Below, one piece after another: positions 48,345-60,381 of a stretch of 64,000 nucleotides of DNA (its first letter is position 1; the number at the start of each line of letters is the position of its first letter). This DNA is from Hemiscyllium ocellatum (taxonomy: Eukaryota): positions 49,524,999-49,588,998 of the forward strand of contig NC_083424.1 in assembly GCF_020745735.1 (NCBI RefSeq), written 5' to 3'. Below the pieces are notes generated by a model, which had not been told where the DNA came from, did no database searches, and saw only the letters and a program-made list of their open reading frames with translations. A program made the position numbers and the translations under genes.

Positions 48345-48686
48345 GTTCGAACGCGGCGGTTACATTAACCCAACCGAAATCGATCTCCATCGAGCCGCAA
48401 GGCACCGTTAAATTAAGTTGCACCGTCTCTGGCACTTCCTTGGGAAACAGCGACGTGGGCTGGTACCAGCAGAAATCCGGGAATACTCCGCGATTCCTAC
48501 TCTATCATGATCTCAACCGCGAGGTCAAGGGTACGGGGGTCCCCGCTCGATTCTCTGGGAGGAGTCAATCGTCAACAAATGCCGCGTACTTAACCATCAG
48601 CGGAGTTCAAGCGGAGGATGACGCCGACTATTATTGTGGTTTGGGTAGCTACGGCTTCGGCGGAGGGACCAAACTCACTGTTCTGA
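48345..48686 (+). CDS. IGL: IgL cluster 2 germline-joined VJ exon, in frame
   Basis: SNAAVTLTQPKSISIEPQGTVKLSCTVSGTSLGNSDVGWYQQKSGNTPRFLLYHDLNREVKGTGVPARFSGRSQSSTNAAYLTISGVQAEDDADYYCGLGSYGFGGGTKLTVL, then A|GTAAGT; no RSS. Confidence 0.97.
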
Positions 48687-49490
48687 GTAAGTAGCCGTAC
48701 AGTGGACCCTTCTTTTCTATGTCTAATAGTTGGTCAAACTCGTACTTGTTTAGATGATCAATGAAGTAATGTGAGTGAGATGAAGCAACTGTGGCTGTAG
48801 ATTGCTATCAATAATTGTTTGGGATACAAAACTATCACACGAACAAAACGTAAAAGGAGCGATTTGCTTCCTGTCTACAAAGAGTTCCACTTTCTTGGTG
48901 AGATTGTGAAAGACTTCTAATTCCAAAGTTAGAAACAGTATCAATGCGTTTTACATGTTGAGTTTAATCGGAGCCTTTTTTTTCAAAAAAGATCGTTGAT
49001 AACATATCGAGCAGACAACAAAAGCATACAACAGTGTTAAATGTGGAGCAGCGATTGTGATCGAGTAGGATACTTTTTAGTGCAGTTTTTATATCATAAC
49101 TCCATAACTCCCCGGACTACCCGAGAGCGTGAGCGTGGCTTTAGCCTTGCTGTGATTCTCTTCCCTGTCTACAGCTTTAAGGCTTCCCAACGACTCTTGC
49201 CATTTACAGAATGGTCTTAGATGGATTATGCACAAATTCCATTATACAGATTTGCAGTATTTTAAAAAGACTGTAAAATGTTGTCTTCTTTGTTTAGACG
49301 CGGGTGCGAACACTGCTTTGAAAGTTATCCACATTTTAGCCAATATTTGAAAGATACCATTCTTCAAAATTGAAGGTAGTTTAACAACCTCCTTCCTCGA
49401 ACAGAAGATTTTCTCTTGGCTAAAACTAACGAAATTGTTCAGCTGTTAGCAAGGAAAGGAATTACAATGTAGGGCGCTAGAAATAATTGT

Positions 49491-49701
49491 TTAGATTACT
49501 TACAGTGTGGAAACAGACCCTTCGGCCCAACAAGTCCACACCGACCCGCCGAAGTGCAACCCACCCATACCCCTACATTTACCCCTTACCTAACATTACG
49601 GACAATTTAGCATGGCCAATTCACCTGACCCGCACATCTTTGGACTGTGGGAGGAAACCGGAGAACCCGGAGGAAACACACGCAGACACGGGGAGAACGT
49701 G
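49491..49701 (-). mobile_element. HE1-type SINE, 5'-truncated, in the cluster 2 J-C intron
   Basis: Matches the 3' two-thirds of 15501-15816; lacks the tRNA head. Confidence 0.88.
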
Positions 49702-50699
49702 TTTACTTTGTTCAGTGGAAATAGTTCAATGAAATGGACTGTTATTGAACTCCAGAGAAGTGATCCTTCCAATTCACTCCAAAAATTAAAGGAACTATGG
49801 TTTTAAATCGCTTCGTTCACAGTTGCAGATAAATGTGCATTGTAAATGAAATAATAATCCTTACCGTGTATTGAACATTGCAATTTGGCGTACTGGAAGG
49901 CAATTTAAACAAAGAAAGGGCCCATAAGCTGTAATGTGGTATTGATCAAATCGTCTGCGATATAAATATTGTTTGCGGCTTACAAATTGACCAGGATAAC
50001 AGCGAGAATTATGTTGTTTTCCTCTCTCTCCAAATAGCACTGATGTTTTCTATTAGGTCAAACACCGCTGCCGATATGATATGCTCTGGGTGTTGCCTGA
50101 TATGTTAGCACATACAAACATATGCCAGAAAGATCGGATTCTTGTGGAGACAGATGTCTTAATCTTTATTAGGAGCAACACTAACTACAGGGTACTTGCA
50201 TTGCTATAACATCTTAGACAAACACGTCACCTGGATTTCTGGGCTTTCTGATGTTATTCTAAATTATATACTCATAAGACTTGACTCCATTGCCCTAAGA
50301 GAGTGGTCGAAGACGAGGTGGGTTATTTTGTACCTGAACATTACAAGTTTTGATGTCATATAACTACCTTAACGGTAGCCTTGTCAGGACTGGAATTAGT
50401 GCAATTACGCAAGTACTTCCAAAGCATTTAGAGCTACCAAATACCCTCGATTAACGATAGTTAGACGTTTTAACTTAAAGAAGGAATCTGGGTTAGTGCT
50501 ACTCTATCTCAATGCCTTAGCCAAACAAAATCATCTGCTTAAGATTCGTGCGTCTTGAGCCCATTAAAGATTTTTAAAAGTGCAAGAATTGATCAAGAAA
50601 ATGTACCAAGTGCTCATTTATTGCTACATGCATTTAATTGTAGGCACATTTACGACGCAATAGTTTTATTTTTGATTAACACAATCCATTTCATTACAG

Positions 50700-51028
50700 C
50701 CCGGGAAGCGACTCGCCCTTCGGTATCTCTTCTCCCGCCGTCGCCCGATCAGATCTCCGCAGATGACACAGCGACCCTGGTGTGTCTGGTGAATCATTTC
50801 TTCCCTGGTTCGGTGGAAGTTTCCTGGAGTGTGGACGGTGAGACCACGGACAGTGGTGTCCAGACTACTCAGACGGTGCGGGACACCGACCAGACATACA
50901 GTGTGAGCAGTTATCTGACCCTGACCGCCGCCCAGTGGAACTCACACGAAGTCTACACCTGCGGCGTTACACACGAGTCTCTCTCATCTCAGCTCAAGCA
51001 AAGCATCAAGAGATCAGGCTGCGAGTGA
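50700..51028 (+). CDS. IGL: IgL cluster 2 constant exon (lambda-like)
   Basis: TTTCATTACAG acceptor; phase matches J (49+342+329 = 720 nt, 239 aa); C1-set Cys/Trp/Cys and terminal SGCE*; AATAAA at 51173-51178. Confidence 0.97.
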
Positions 51029-52129
51029 CAGGAGAGCATCCCCCTCCTTTCCACGGGCGCAAACTATCATTCAGAATGTTCATGTTGGAAAGCAGTGTCC
51101 AGTTATTTGCAATTTTCTTCACAATTTTGCAGAAACGTTAATGTTTTCGTCTGGAATTTAAAGTAATTGTGCAATAAAGAATAATTTTAATTGTCGCAGT
51201 GCGTTTTATAAATGTGTTAGAGGTAGTTTTTGGTTAGGTTGACAGTGATAGCATTTCAATTATTCATGCGGTGCGCGCCAGTCAATACAATCTACTGACA
51301 CTTCCTCCGGGCCCTTTGGCAGTCAGTTTTATCACTCCCCATATGCTAGTTTGTCATTTTCTCACTCTCAGGTGAAGAGCAAAGAGGCAGGTTTTAAGAC
51401 TACCACATGTGGAATGTGAGCTCAACCTACACTGTTGGTATTGAAGTAAACCGGCCCTCAACTGTATCTTTAGCCTTACAAATGAATTGCACTATTGCAT
51501 CCCGCCTTTGTATTCAATTTGATCTAATAAACAATCATTTGTTTGATAAGTAACTTGCGCAAGCAAAGCTCAAGCATCAAATTAATTAATTGACTCATCG
51601 GGATAATCATTGTCAAAAATGTTTCCAAACAAAGAAATCGTCCTTGGCATCCTTAACTTTGCAATGTAGATTAAAGCAGCAGTAGACAGTATGAAGAGAC
51701 AGCTACAGTCGACACTTGCATACTTCCTAGTTTAGTGGTGACGCCTTATTAAACACAATAATGAAACGTTGCACTACTAATATCTTCCCAAATGAAATTG
51801 GAGAACTATTTTCCGAGATCATTTCAAGGCTGCTGAGCTTGAAAACAAACATAATTTGGGCTATCTTAATTCATATTTGCAATAATAAAGGAAGAAACGC
51901 ATGTCAGGCAATTTACTCACTTGGTGAAACTTTTGTGTTCGGCTATGTTGGAATTGGCACCTATACTCAAATGCCTGCCCAATTCAGCTTCGAACCTTTA
52001 ACAGGGACCCCTGAAAGTGGGTTTCCTATCGGGAAAGCGTGTTGCTGCTGCCGTATTCGTTGTCCAAAGCAGTCCAACTTCCCATTTTTTCAATACATGC
52101 TGTATTCTGATGTTGAATTTAAAAAGAAA

Positions 52130-53895
52130 CCGAGTGTGAGCAATTTCGAGTAGAGGGAAGGGCCGTTACTGATTGCCCAAATCACCATACACAACGGCAT
52201 GCTTTAGCACTGTCCTTATTCCAATAGGGACAATTCCTGCTCCAACTATGCAGCCATACCTGTTTGAAACACTCGATTCTTGCAGGTGATGGTATCGTAT
52301 TGCTAACGAGGGACATATTGCCCTGTGGCTTAAGTCCCACAAGTCACGGACCTAATGGTTTATGGGGATTTTGAGGACGTTCATTCCTCTGAGTTGTGCT
52401 GTGCTGCACAACGCAACGCGCAGGGAAGATTTTTAAATAGTATGTTTGATACATCACTGCATATCATGCGATATCTGCGGTCTTTCACATCCTGTCCCAC
52501 TAAGTATCACTGGAGACAATATCATGGATTTCACTTGAGACACTAAAAAGGCGAGGAGTTCGTGCTTCCATCTTCTTCAACTGGTGACTCATTGTCTTTG
52601 AAGTTACCGAGTACCAGATTCACAGACATAGCAATGGGAAAGTATAGAGAGCGACAGAAACTACGAAATCCGCTAGATCAATTTATCTGCTTCAAAGCGC
52701 ATCAATCATATTGATCACTAGAGAGAGAATAAAAAGACTGATAAACAAGGTTCTGATGCCAGAAATGGATAAATCTGTTTCAGGTTGATTACTCTACAAC
52801 GAGACAGTGTTAATTCATAACTTTCTAGTAAATGATGCACCTGGAAATAAAAAGCGATCGGAATACAATGAAATCCCATTTAAAATTTGAAAGTGACTCA
52901 TTCTGAGTGCAGACAAGAATCTTGTGTTTAAACAAAGTCAACAATGTATGTACAAGGAGAGCTCTGACCAAAATAGATTGAATAAATAGACTTAAAGAAG
53001 TGGCGATAAATGAATATTGGAAACTGTTGATAAACATCTCATATTGTGCAACAAAATGCGTTATAATTAAATCAACAAAACAAAATCAAGAGAGATCCAT
53101 CAGTGGTTTACTAAGCGTTTGAATAATCATGCTTACTTTAAAATATAAGTCTAAAAATATTCCACCACGACTTGGAAATACGTTGCTGTTCCTACGCTAT
53201 CTCGACCAGCGCAAAATCCTGGAACTCCCTCCCCCAACAGCATGTGAGTGTATCTGTAGCAGATAGACTGCAGCTCACCATTACCATCTCCAGAAGAATT
53301 CGAGATGGACAATAATCGCTAGTCCAGCCACCGCAACTTAAATCCTCTGAATGAATAAAGCAGCCGAATACAATCAAGGTGGAGGATTAAGGTGTTTCCG
53401 AAATCAGTAAAACAAAACGAAAAAGTTGATGAGAAAAAGATAAAATGGAAGATGAAAGCAAACTAATCATTCGTATAAAAATCCATGATATTCTCTTCAG
53501 TGATACTTAGTGGGACAGGATGTGAAAGGTTGCAGATACCGCATGATGTGCAGTCTTGTATCAGAAATACTATTTAAGGATCCTACCTGCACATTGTGTT
53601 GTGCAGGACAACACAACTCAGAAGAAGGAACACTCACAAAGTCCCATAAACCATAAGGGCCGCACCCCTAGTAAGGGACTTAAGCCACAGGGCAATATAT
53701 CCCTCGTTGGCGATACGATACCATAATTGAGAAAATCGAGCGTTTCAAACAGATATGGCTGCATCGATGGAGAAGGAATTGTCCCTATTGAAATAAGGAC
53801 AGTGCTAAAGCACGCTGTTGTGTATGGTGATTTGGGCAATCAGTAACAGCCATTCCCTCCACTCGAAATCATTGAGCTCTTGCTCGCTCGATTTT
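52130..53895. repeat. Long inverted repeat (arms ~52130-52580 and ~53445-53895)
   Basis: Exact 31-nt reverse-complement matches 52165-52195/53817-53847 and 52482-52512/53498-53528, with continuous lower identity between them. Confidence 0.9.
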
Positions 53896-54769
53896 ATTAT
53901 GAGCTTTAACAAGTAGATACTAACAAAAACAGTTCGAGCATAAGTATCAGTCCATTAAAAATAGTCAAGAGAAATGATCGTGGGATGAGGAAATTACAGG
54001 TTTGTGAACAAGCCATTTATGTTTGGCTCCACAGTAGAAGACCCACATTATGTGTACGAAGTAGAAGTTAACAAAAGAGCTAATAAAAATTAGGAACTTG
54101 TACAATTAATGCCAGCAGACAAAATTATTGGCGACACTCAGCAAAATAGAAATCAAACGAATTCCCGGACCTAATGGTCTATAGCATAAAGCTTTTTAAA
54201 AAAAAATATAGCTGTAGAGAGCGTGGATGTGATGGTTATGATTTTCAAAAATTCCTTGGCTTGCAGAAAAGGAGGATTTGAAATCCTTAAATGATGCTCT
54301 GCTAGTCTAGAAAGGCTCAAGATAGAAAACAGCAAAGCACGAACCAATTTAACTGGTATCAGTCGTGAGAAAATGCCAGACTCCCTTAATGAAGATTATA
54401 ATGCATGATCAGAGAAAGACAACATGCTTTAATGAAAGAGAAATCATGTCGACAATGTTTTCATGACAGTGTTATAATTCATGAAAACAGAATATTAAAG
54501 GTTGGTTTAAAGTCTAAGTTATTTAAAACTGATTCAAAATTAAATCTGAAGAGCATCTGATTGTCGTCGTGGATTCAAATTGGACTCGTCTCTGGAAGAA
54601 ACAAAAGAGGCATTCCCAGAGGTGAAAGGCACATCACAATTCTTCGATGGATATCTACAAATATAAAAAAAATCTCCATTGACTGTGATGCCTTCCTTCA
54701 GGCACAAAGAACATTGATAAGAAAGTTTAAGGCATGAAGAGCTGTCAAACAAGTGGGCAAAGTCAGAGC

Positions 54770-56310
54770 TCAAATGACACCAGGTTATAATCCAACAGAT
54801 TTATTTGAAATCACAAACTTTCATCACGCAGCCCCTTCATTAGGTGAAGTGCGAAGGGAGGACCTCCACACAGAATTTATTAGCAGAGAGATCAAGGGCA
54901 GAGAGATCAAAATATCATAGAACTGATATGAGTGGAGTGTCGAATACTAAGTCTCTGCAAGCTACCAAAAGTTAGATGACGTGAGTAAAGTGTTAACAGC
55001 TGAGTAACAAGTAAGGAGATGACCTACAATCTGGTTAAATGAGGCAGAGAGATAATTACAGAAAAATAAAAATAGCGTAGTGCTAGAGCCAAACTAAATG
55101 ACTGGAATAACATTACAGGTTATAAAGGGTAACCTCATGATGCTGCACTTCCCTATGGATAAGCCCTGCGCATACACAGGATCTACTCAGACGAGGAGGA
55201 ATGTAATGGACACTTAAAGATTTTGAAGGACACCATCACAAGAACGGGATATTATGCTCAACTCATCGAACACACCTTCCAATATGCCACAGCGAAAAAC
55301 CACAATGACCTCCTCAGAAGGCAGGCATAGGATACGACCCATAGAGCACTGTTAGTCTTCCAGTACTTCCCTGGAGCAGGAGACTGCCTCATATTTTTCA
55401 CAGACTTCAACATGTCATCAATGACGACGAGCCTCTGGCCATGGATCATCGACATAGATATTACGATCACACGCGGCAGCACCACTCACCACTTACATGG
55501 CAGATACTCATGTGACTTGGCCAATGCTGTCTATCTCATATGCAGCAAGCGAGGATGCCCCAAGGCATAGTATATTGGCGAGAACATGCAGATGCTACAG
55601 CAAAGGAGGAATGGACACTGTGCAACAATCGCCAGAAAGGAATGTTCCTTCCAGTCAGGGAGCACTTCAGCGGCAAAGAACATTCAGCCTTCGATCTTTG
55701 GGTAAGCGTCCTCCAAGACAGACCTCGAGATACATAACTATACAGAATCGCCCAGCAGAAACTGATAGCCAAGTTCTTGTGCCCATGAAGACAACCTCAA
55801 CAGTGATCTTGGGTTCATGCCCCGCTATACTTGACTACATTGCACTACCCTATGTCTGTACTTACTGTCCTGTTTGAAACAGTCACCTTGATAAATTGTT
55901 ATGAGTGGGCGGCACGGTGGCGCAGTGGTTAGCACTGCTGCCTCACGGCGTCAGAGATCCAGGTTCAATTCCGGACTCAGGTGACTGACTGTGTGGAGTT
56001 TGTACATTCTCCCCGTGACTGCGTGGGCTTCCTCCGCGTGTTCCGGTTTCCTTCCACAGTCCACAGGTCAGGTGAATTGGCCATGCTCAATTGCCCGTAG
56101 TGTTGGGTGAATGGATGGGTGGTGGGTCGGTGTGGACTTGTTGAGCCCAAGGGCCTGTTTCCAGACTGTAAGTAATCTAATCTCTCTATCTTAATTAGTT
56201 TGGATTACTTATTGCTTTGGTCAGACCTTTGGCATGCGACTCTTGTGCCTGTCATGTTATTACAGTCATTTAGTTTGTTTCCATTTGTAATTATCTGTAA
56301 TTACAAATCT
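54770..56310 (+). mobile_element. Second Penelope-like family: GIY-YIG relic with inverted upstream terminal repeat
   Basis: GRYSCDLANAVYLICSKRGCPKA*YIGENMQML on + (~55495-55600); 54770-55130 is an inverted copy of the 3' region (e.g. ~55090-55120 vs ~56235-56270) and holds a decayed hammerhead motif. Confidence 0.75.
55905..56183 (+). mobile_element. HE1-type V-SINE nested in a Penelope 3' region
   Basis: A/B boxes, central domain and TAATC tail, with internal deletions. Confidence 0.9.
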
Positions 56311-58689
56311 GTCACTGACCTCGATTTTGCTCGGACTCTTTGAAGTCATAGTTGGTATCAAAGATGCTGCCATGATATCAAGTGCAGTCACTCTCGGCTC
56401 ATCTCTTGAAGTCAGTTCTTTTAGCCATGTATGAAGTAATGCGTTCCTTAAATCAGGTACGGAGTGGTCACGAGGAACCCAAACTGAACAGCTGTGAGCA
56501 CAGCTTTGCTGTGAAACTCATTTGATGCCACAGTTGATGACACATACCATTACTTCTATAAGGATTGAAAGGAGGTCGTGAATGGATAATTGACCATGTG
56601 AGATTGGCCTGGCTTTTTATGGACGAGACATATGTGGACATTGTCAGGTAGATTTCAAGCTATTGCAGTACTGCAGCAGATTGCTTTTTGGCGTGGTGAG
56701 TTCTGGGTCAGCAGTCTTCAGTACAACTGACGGGATGTTGTCTGTCTAATATCCTTTGGTGTACCATTCCAAAATCTTACCAACGACTGAAGTCAGACTA
56801 ATTGGCCTATAATCTCCCATCTTTTACCTTGCTCTCTTTTTAAACATGTGGGTTGCAGTAGTGATTGTCCAGTCCTCTGGGATCCCCCTGACTCTTGTGA
56901 TACCTGAAAGATCACTACTAAAATCTCCATTATCTCTTCAACTATCTCCTTCAAAACACCAGGATGTACCATGAACTTAGCTGCCAGCAACAACTCTAAA
57001 TCTCCCCCATATCTCTCATAGGGTATGACAGAAGGCAGTAATCTCCAATAACACTAGAGTGAACAGGCGAATCCCAAGTCCACCCAAGCATAACGATAGA
57101 TGAACGGGGCAGTGATCTGAGTTACACTGGCTGCTCAACCAACTGAGCCAATCTCACCTGCTGTATCTCCTCTTCACAGGTGAGCCAGCTATGTCTTTCT
57201 ATCTGGCGACACATTTCAACCTGAGATTGTAAATAAAGCCTGAGGACCAATTTCGAGATGCTCTAAAAACAGACTCAGAATAATGCTGAGTCCAATAATT
57301 GGCCCCTTGGTTTTGCTTCAACTCTAAGGTTCCGTTAGCTGTCAGGAGAATGGCTTGAGGAGTTTGCACTGTCCTAATCTCTTCATGCCAATTTCTCTCA
57401 TCATCTTGGAAAATTAGTGTAAAAAACAACTGAAAATTAGACCCAGTTGCTGAGAACTCAAGCTCATCTGCAGGTTCTGATGATATTTCCCATCACTTTA
57501 CTGATGTGCAGAGACAAGATTAGAGTCACGATTAGAGTGGTGCTGGAAAAGCACAGCAGGTCAGGAAGCATCGGAGGAGCAGGAAAATCAATGTTTGGTG
57601 CAAAAGCCCTTCATCTGCAAAGCGTCACACTGCACGAAAACAGGTTCTTCTGTCCAACTCATCCACCCTGACCTGGTGTCCTGAACTGAACTAGTCCAAT
57701 TTGCCTGCATTTGGCCTATATCCCTCTAAACATTCTGTATCCATGTACCTTTCCAAACGTCTTTTTAACGTAATTACATCCAACTCTATACTTCCTTTGG
57801 CAGCTCGTTCCTCTTTCACCTTAAACCCAGGCCTTCTAGTTGTGGACTCCCCTACCTGTCGAAAAGATCTTGGCTATTAACCTTATCTCGATTTTATAAT
57901 GTCTGATTAAATTGTGACTTCACCTTTGCTTTCCTGTCTCCCATTTACAACCTTTGAGCTGCTTGTCAAGATCAAATCAAGGATCTATCTAGCTCAACCT
58001 TAACAACAGTAAATGGCTCTACCTGCACTGTATCATAGGGAAGGCAATTCCATTAACAGACCAATGAGAAAGAAAAGGTCCGCATCTCTGCTTTAAATGA
58101 CCAAAGTCTGATATTCAAACTGCATTGTCTGGTTCTATTCCTTCCCACAAGGAGAAACATCTTCTGACAATGCATTCTGTCAAGTCCTTTAAGATCCTTA
58201 AGATCCTTATTTGTTTTGGTAAGATTTCGGGTCACACTTCTAGACTCCAATTGATGCAGGCCCAAAACTCTCTAATCTTTCCTGATAAGCAAAATCAAGA
58301 AACTGCTTCTAATGAACTCACATTCTTCCTTCTTCAAGACCTGCCCAAGACATCGAATGACTTGCTCCTCAGATGCTGCCTGGCCTGCTGTGCTCATTCC
58401 AGCGACACGCTTTCTCAACCCTGCACAATATTTCCAGACCATCCATAATTCTATATTATATCCCATTTGTAATAAGATAGAGCATTCTATTTGCTTTCTT
58501 CACTATTTGCTGCACTCATATTAACATTTAATGATTCCCATTCCAAGACATCCAGATTCTTCTGTGCCACTGAGCTCTGCAATAGGGTAAGAGTTTAACT
58601 CTGAAAAAAAAACTGTAAGATGCATCAAGCAGATCAAAATTAACTAAGTCCCCAGCAGTCATTGAATACTACGTGAACATTTGAAATAT

Positions 58690-59220
58690 GGTAGTCTGCT
58701 TCATCGTCTTGATTCCATAGGACTTTTCTGAAGCTGTTATTAGCAACTTGTGCAAAGACAACTGGGAAAACACATCAAACTGCTTTGACTACCGTGTGAT
58801 CACCCTCCTTTCTTTTGCTGAGAAGTTCCTGGCTAGAATATTTCAGAACTAGCACGTGCCTACCATTGCATAAGAAAAATTCCCTGAGTGGTATTGCAGT
58901 TTCAGAGCAAAGAGAGGTACCACAGACATGGTATCTGTTCTCAGAATTAAAATGAAAATATATGGTGAGGAATCCAAAGACCGGCATATAACTCATAAAC
59001 CTCACCAAAGCACTGGATAACGTGGGCAATGATAAAGTTTGGAAAATCCTAGAAAATCTTGGATGTTTACCCAGGTTCCTGGACAGAACGAAGCAGTTTC
59101 ATACAATTTGGTACAGAAAAGTCAGGTACGACAGTGACACGTTGAGTGCATTTTGAATCTGCAATAGTGCAAAACACATTTGTGTACATTCTATCACCAC
59201 CACCCCTGTCCTACAACTGA
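58690..59220 (+). mobile_element. RTE-like LINE RT relic
   Basis: Decayed RGTTDMV, LTKALD, WKILENLGCLPRFL and F*ICNSAKHICV motifs resembling RTE-clade RT. Confidence 0.5.
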
Positions 59221-60381
59221 TCAACTATATGCTTCAGCATAATGCTGATGTGTGCAACGAAAGGCCTTACAGAGGGATTTCAGCTTTGCTTCTTCAAAGA
59301 TGATCCTCAGGCATGTTCAGGGTCACACACAAAGGCACAAGACGACATAGCATTTGTTATGGAACAGCCCAGACCCCCTCAAAATATTTCAAGAAAGTAG
59401 CCAAGACCCTAACTTTGGTAATTGTTTTAAGCAGGTGTTATGCAGATATTCATGGAGGGATGCAGATGGCCAACCCACTTAGTTTTAAACATAACAGAAT
59501 TTAGTTATAAGATTACCCAGTGAAACACTAGCAAGAGAAAACAGAATATAGAATAACTTATCTTATCCGAAAATCCAACAGATTCTCCCAATTTAATGAT
59601 GCTGTTCCAAATACTTGCAATAATGCCCACAATCACTCCTTGGCAGAAAAGGTAAAATCAAACACAAGGTCTTACAGGAGAGAAGTCACAGAGAGAGAGT
59701 ATCAGCCTAGAGCTGCTTCTTTGGGTCCAGCATTTGTTTCACACTACTGTTAAAAACCAAACCAAACCAGAGAAGAGTTGAGCTAGGAGAACTGGCCACT
59801 CCTCTTTCGTTGAATAATGGTCTTTTTGAAAACGTGAAAGCCTTCTTTCTGAGGCAATATTTGTTAGCTATAATAAAATTGGCTCTGAAAGCCTTCAACC
59901 CCAGAATTTTTGGAATCTGTTTCTTTTACTACCTCTCAAAACAAAAAGCCAAGGACAACATTACCTAGTTAAAGAAGTAGCATTGTCACACCTTCCCCCT
60001 TTAATAAAAACGAACCATCAGCATCTAAAGATGGCTTCAGTTTCAAACTGTTTCTTCCTAAGTTGGTAATATGCAACACCACACATATGCATTACATTGA
60101 CAACAAACATGCAAACAGGTATCACTACATTCTGTTTCAGTCGTTTTACTCCTTCCACCGAATGCCTCCAATCCTTGTCCATGTCTCATCAGTCAGTTGG
60201 CAATCAAGTTTTCTCGAATTGCCACTTGCACAATTTCCAATTTGAATGGCTGTAACAACAAGCTTCATCTAAGTAGTCTGGCTTTTTTTTGTCCTCAAAT
60301 TTCTCCACAAACTTCAATGGTTATGGTCAGTGTCCAAGATTCGTTACTGGTAACATAAACATTGAAACATTGAAAACATAA

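Noticed and set aside
50555-50699. N-terminal extension of the 157-aa ORF upstream of the C exon
   Set aside because: Intronic read-through before a canonical acceptor; not a signal peptide and not conserved in cluster 1.
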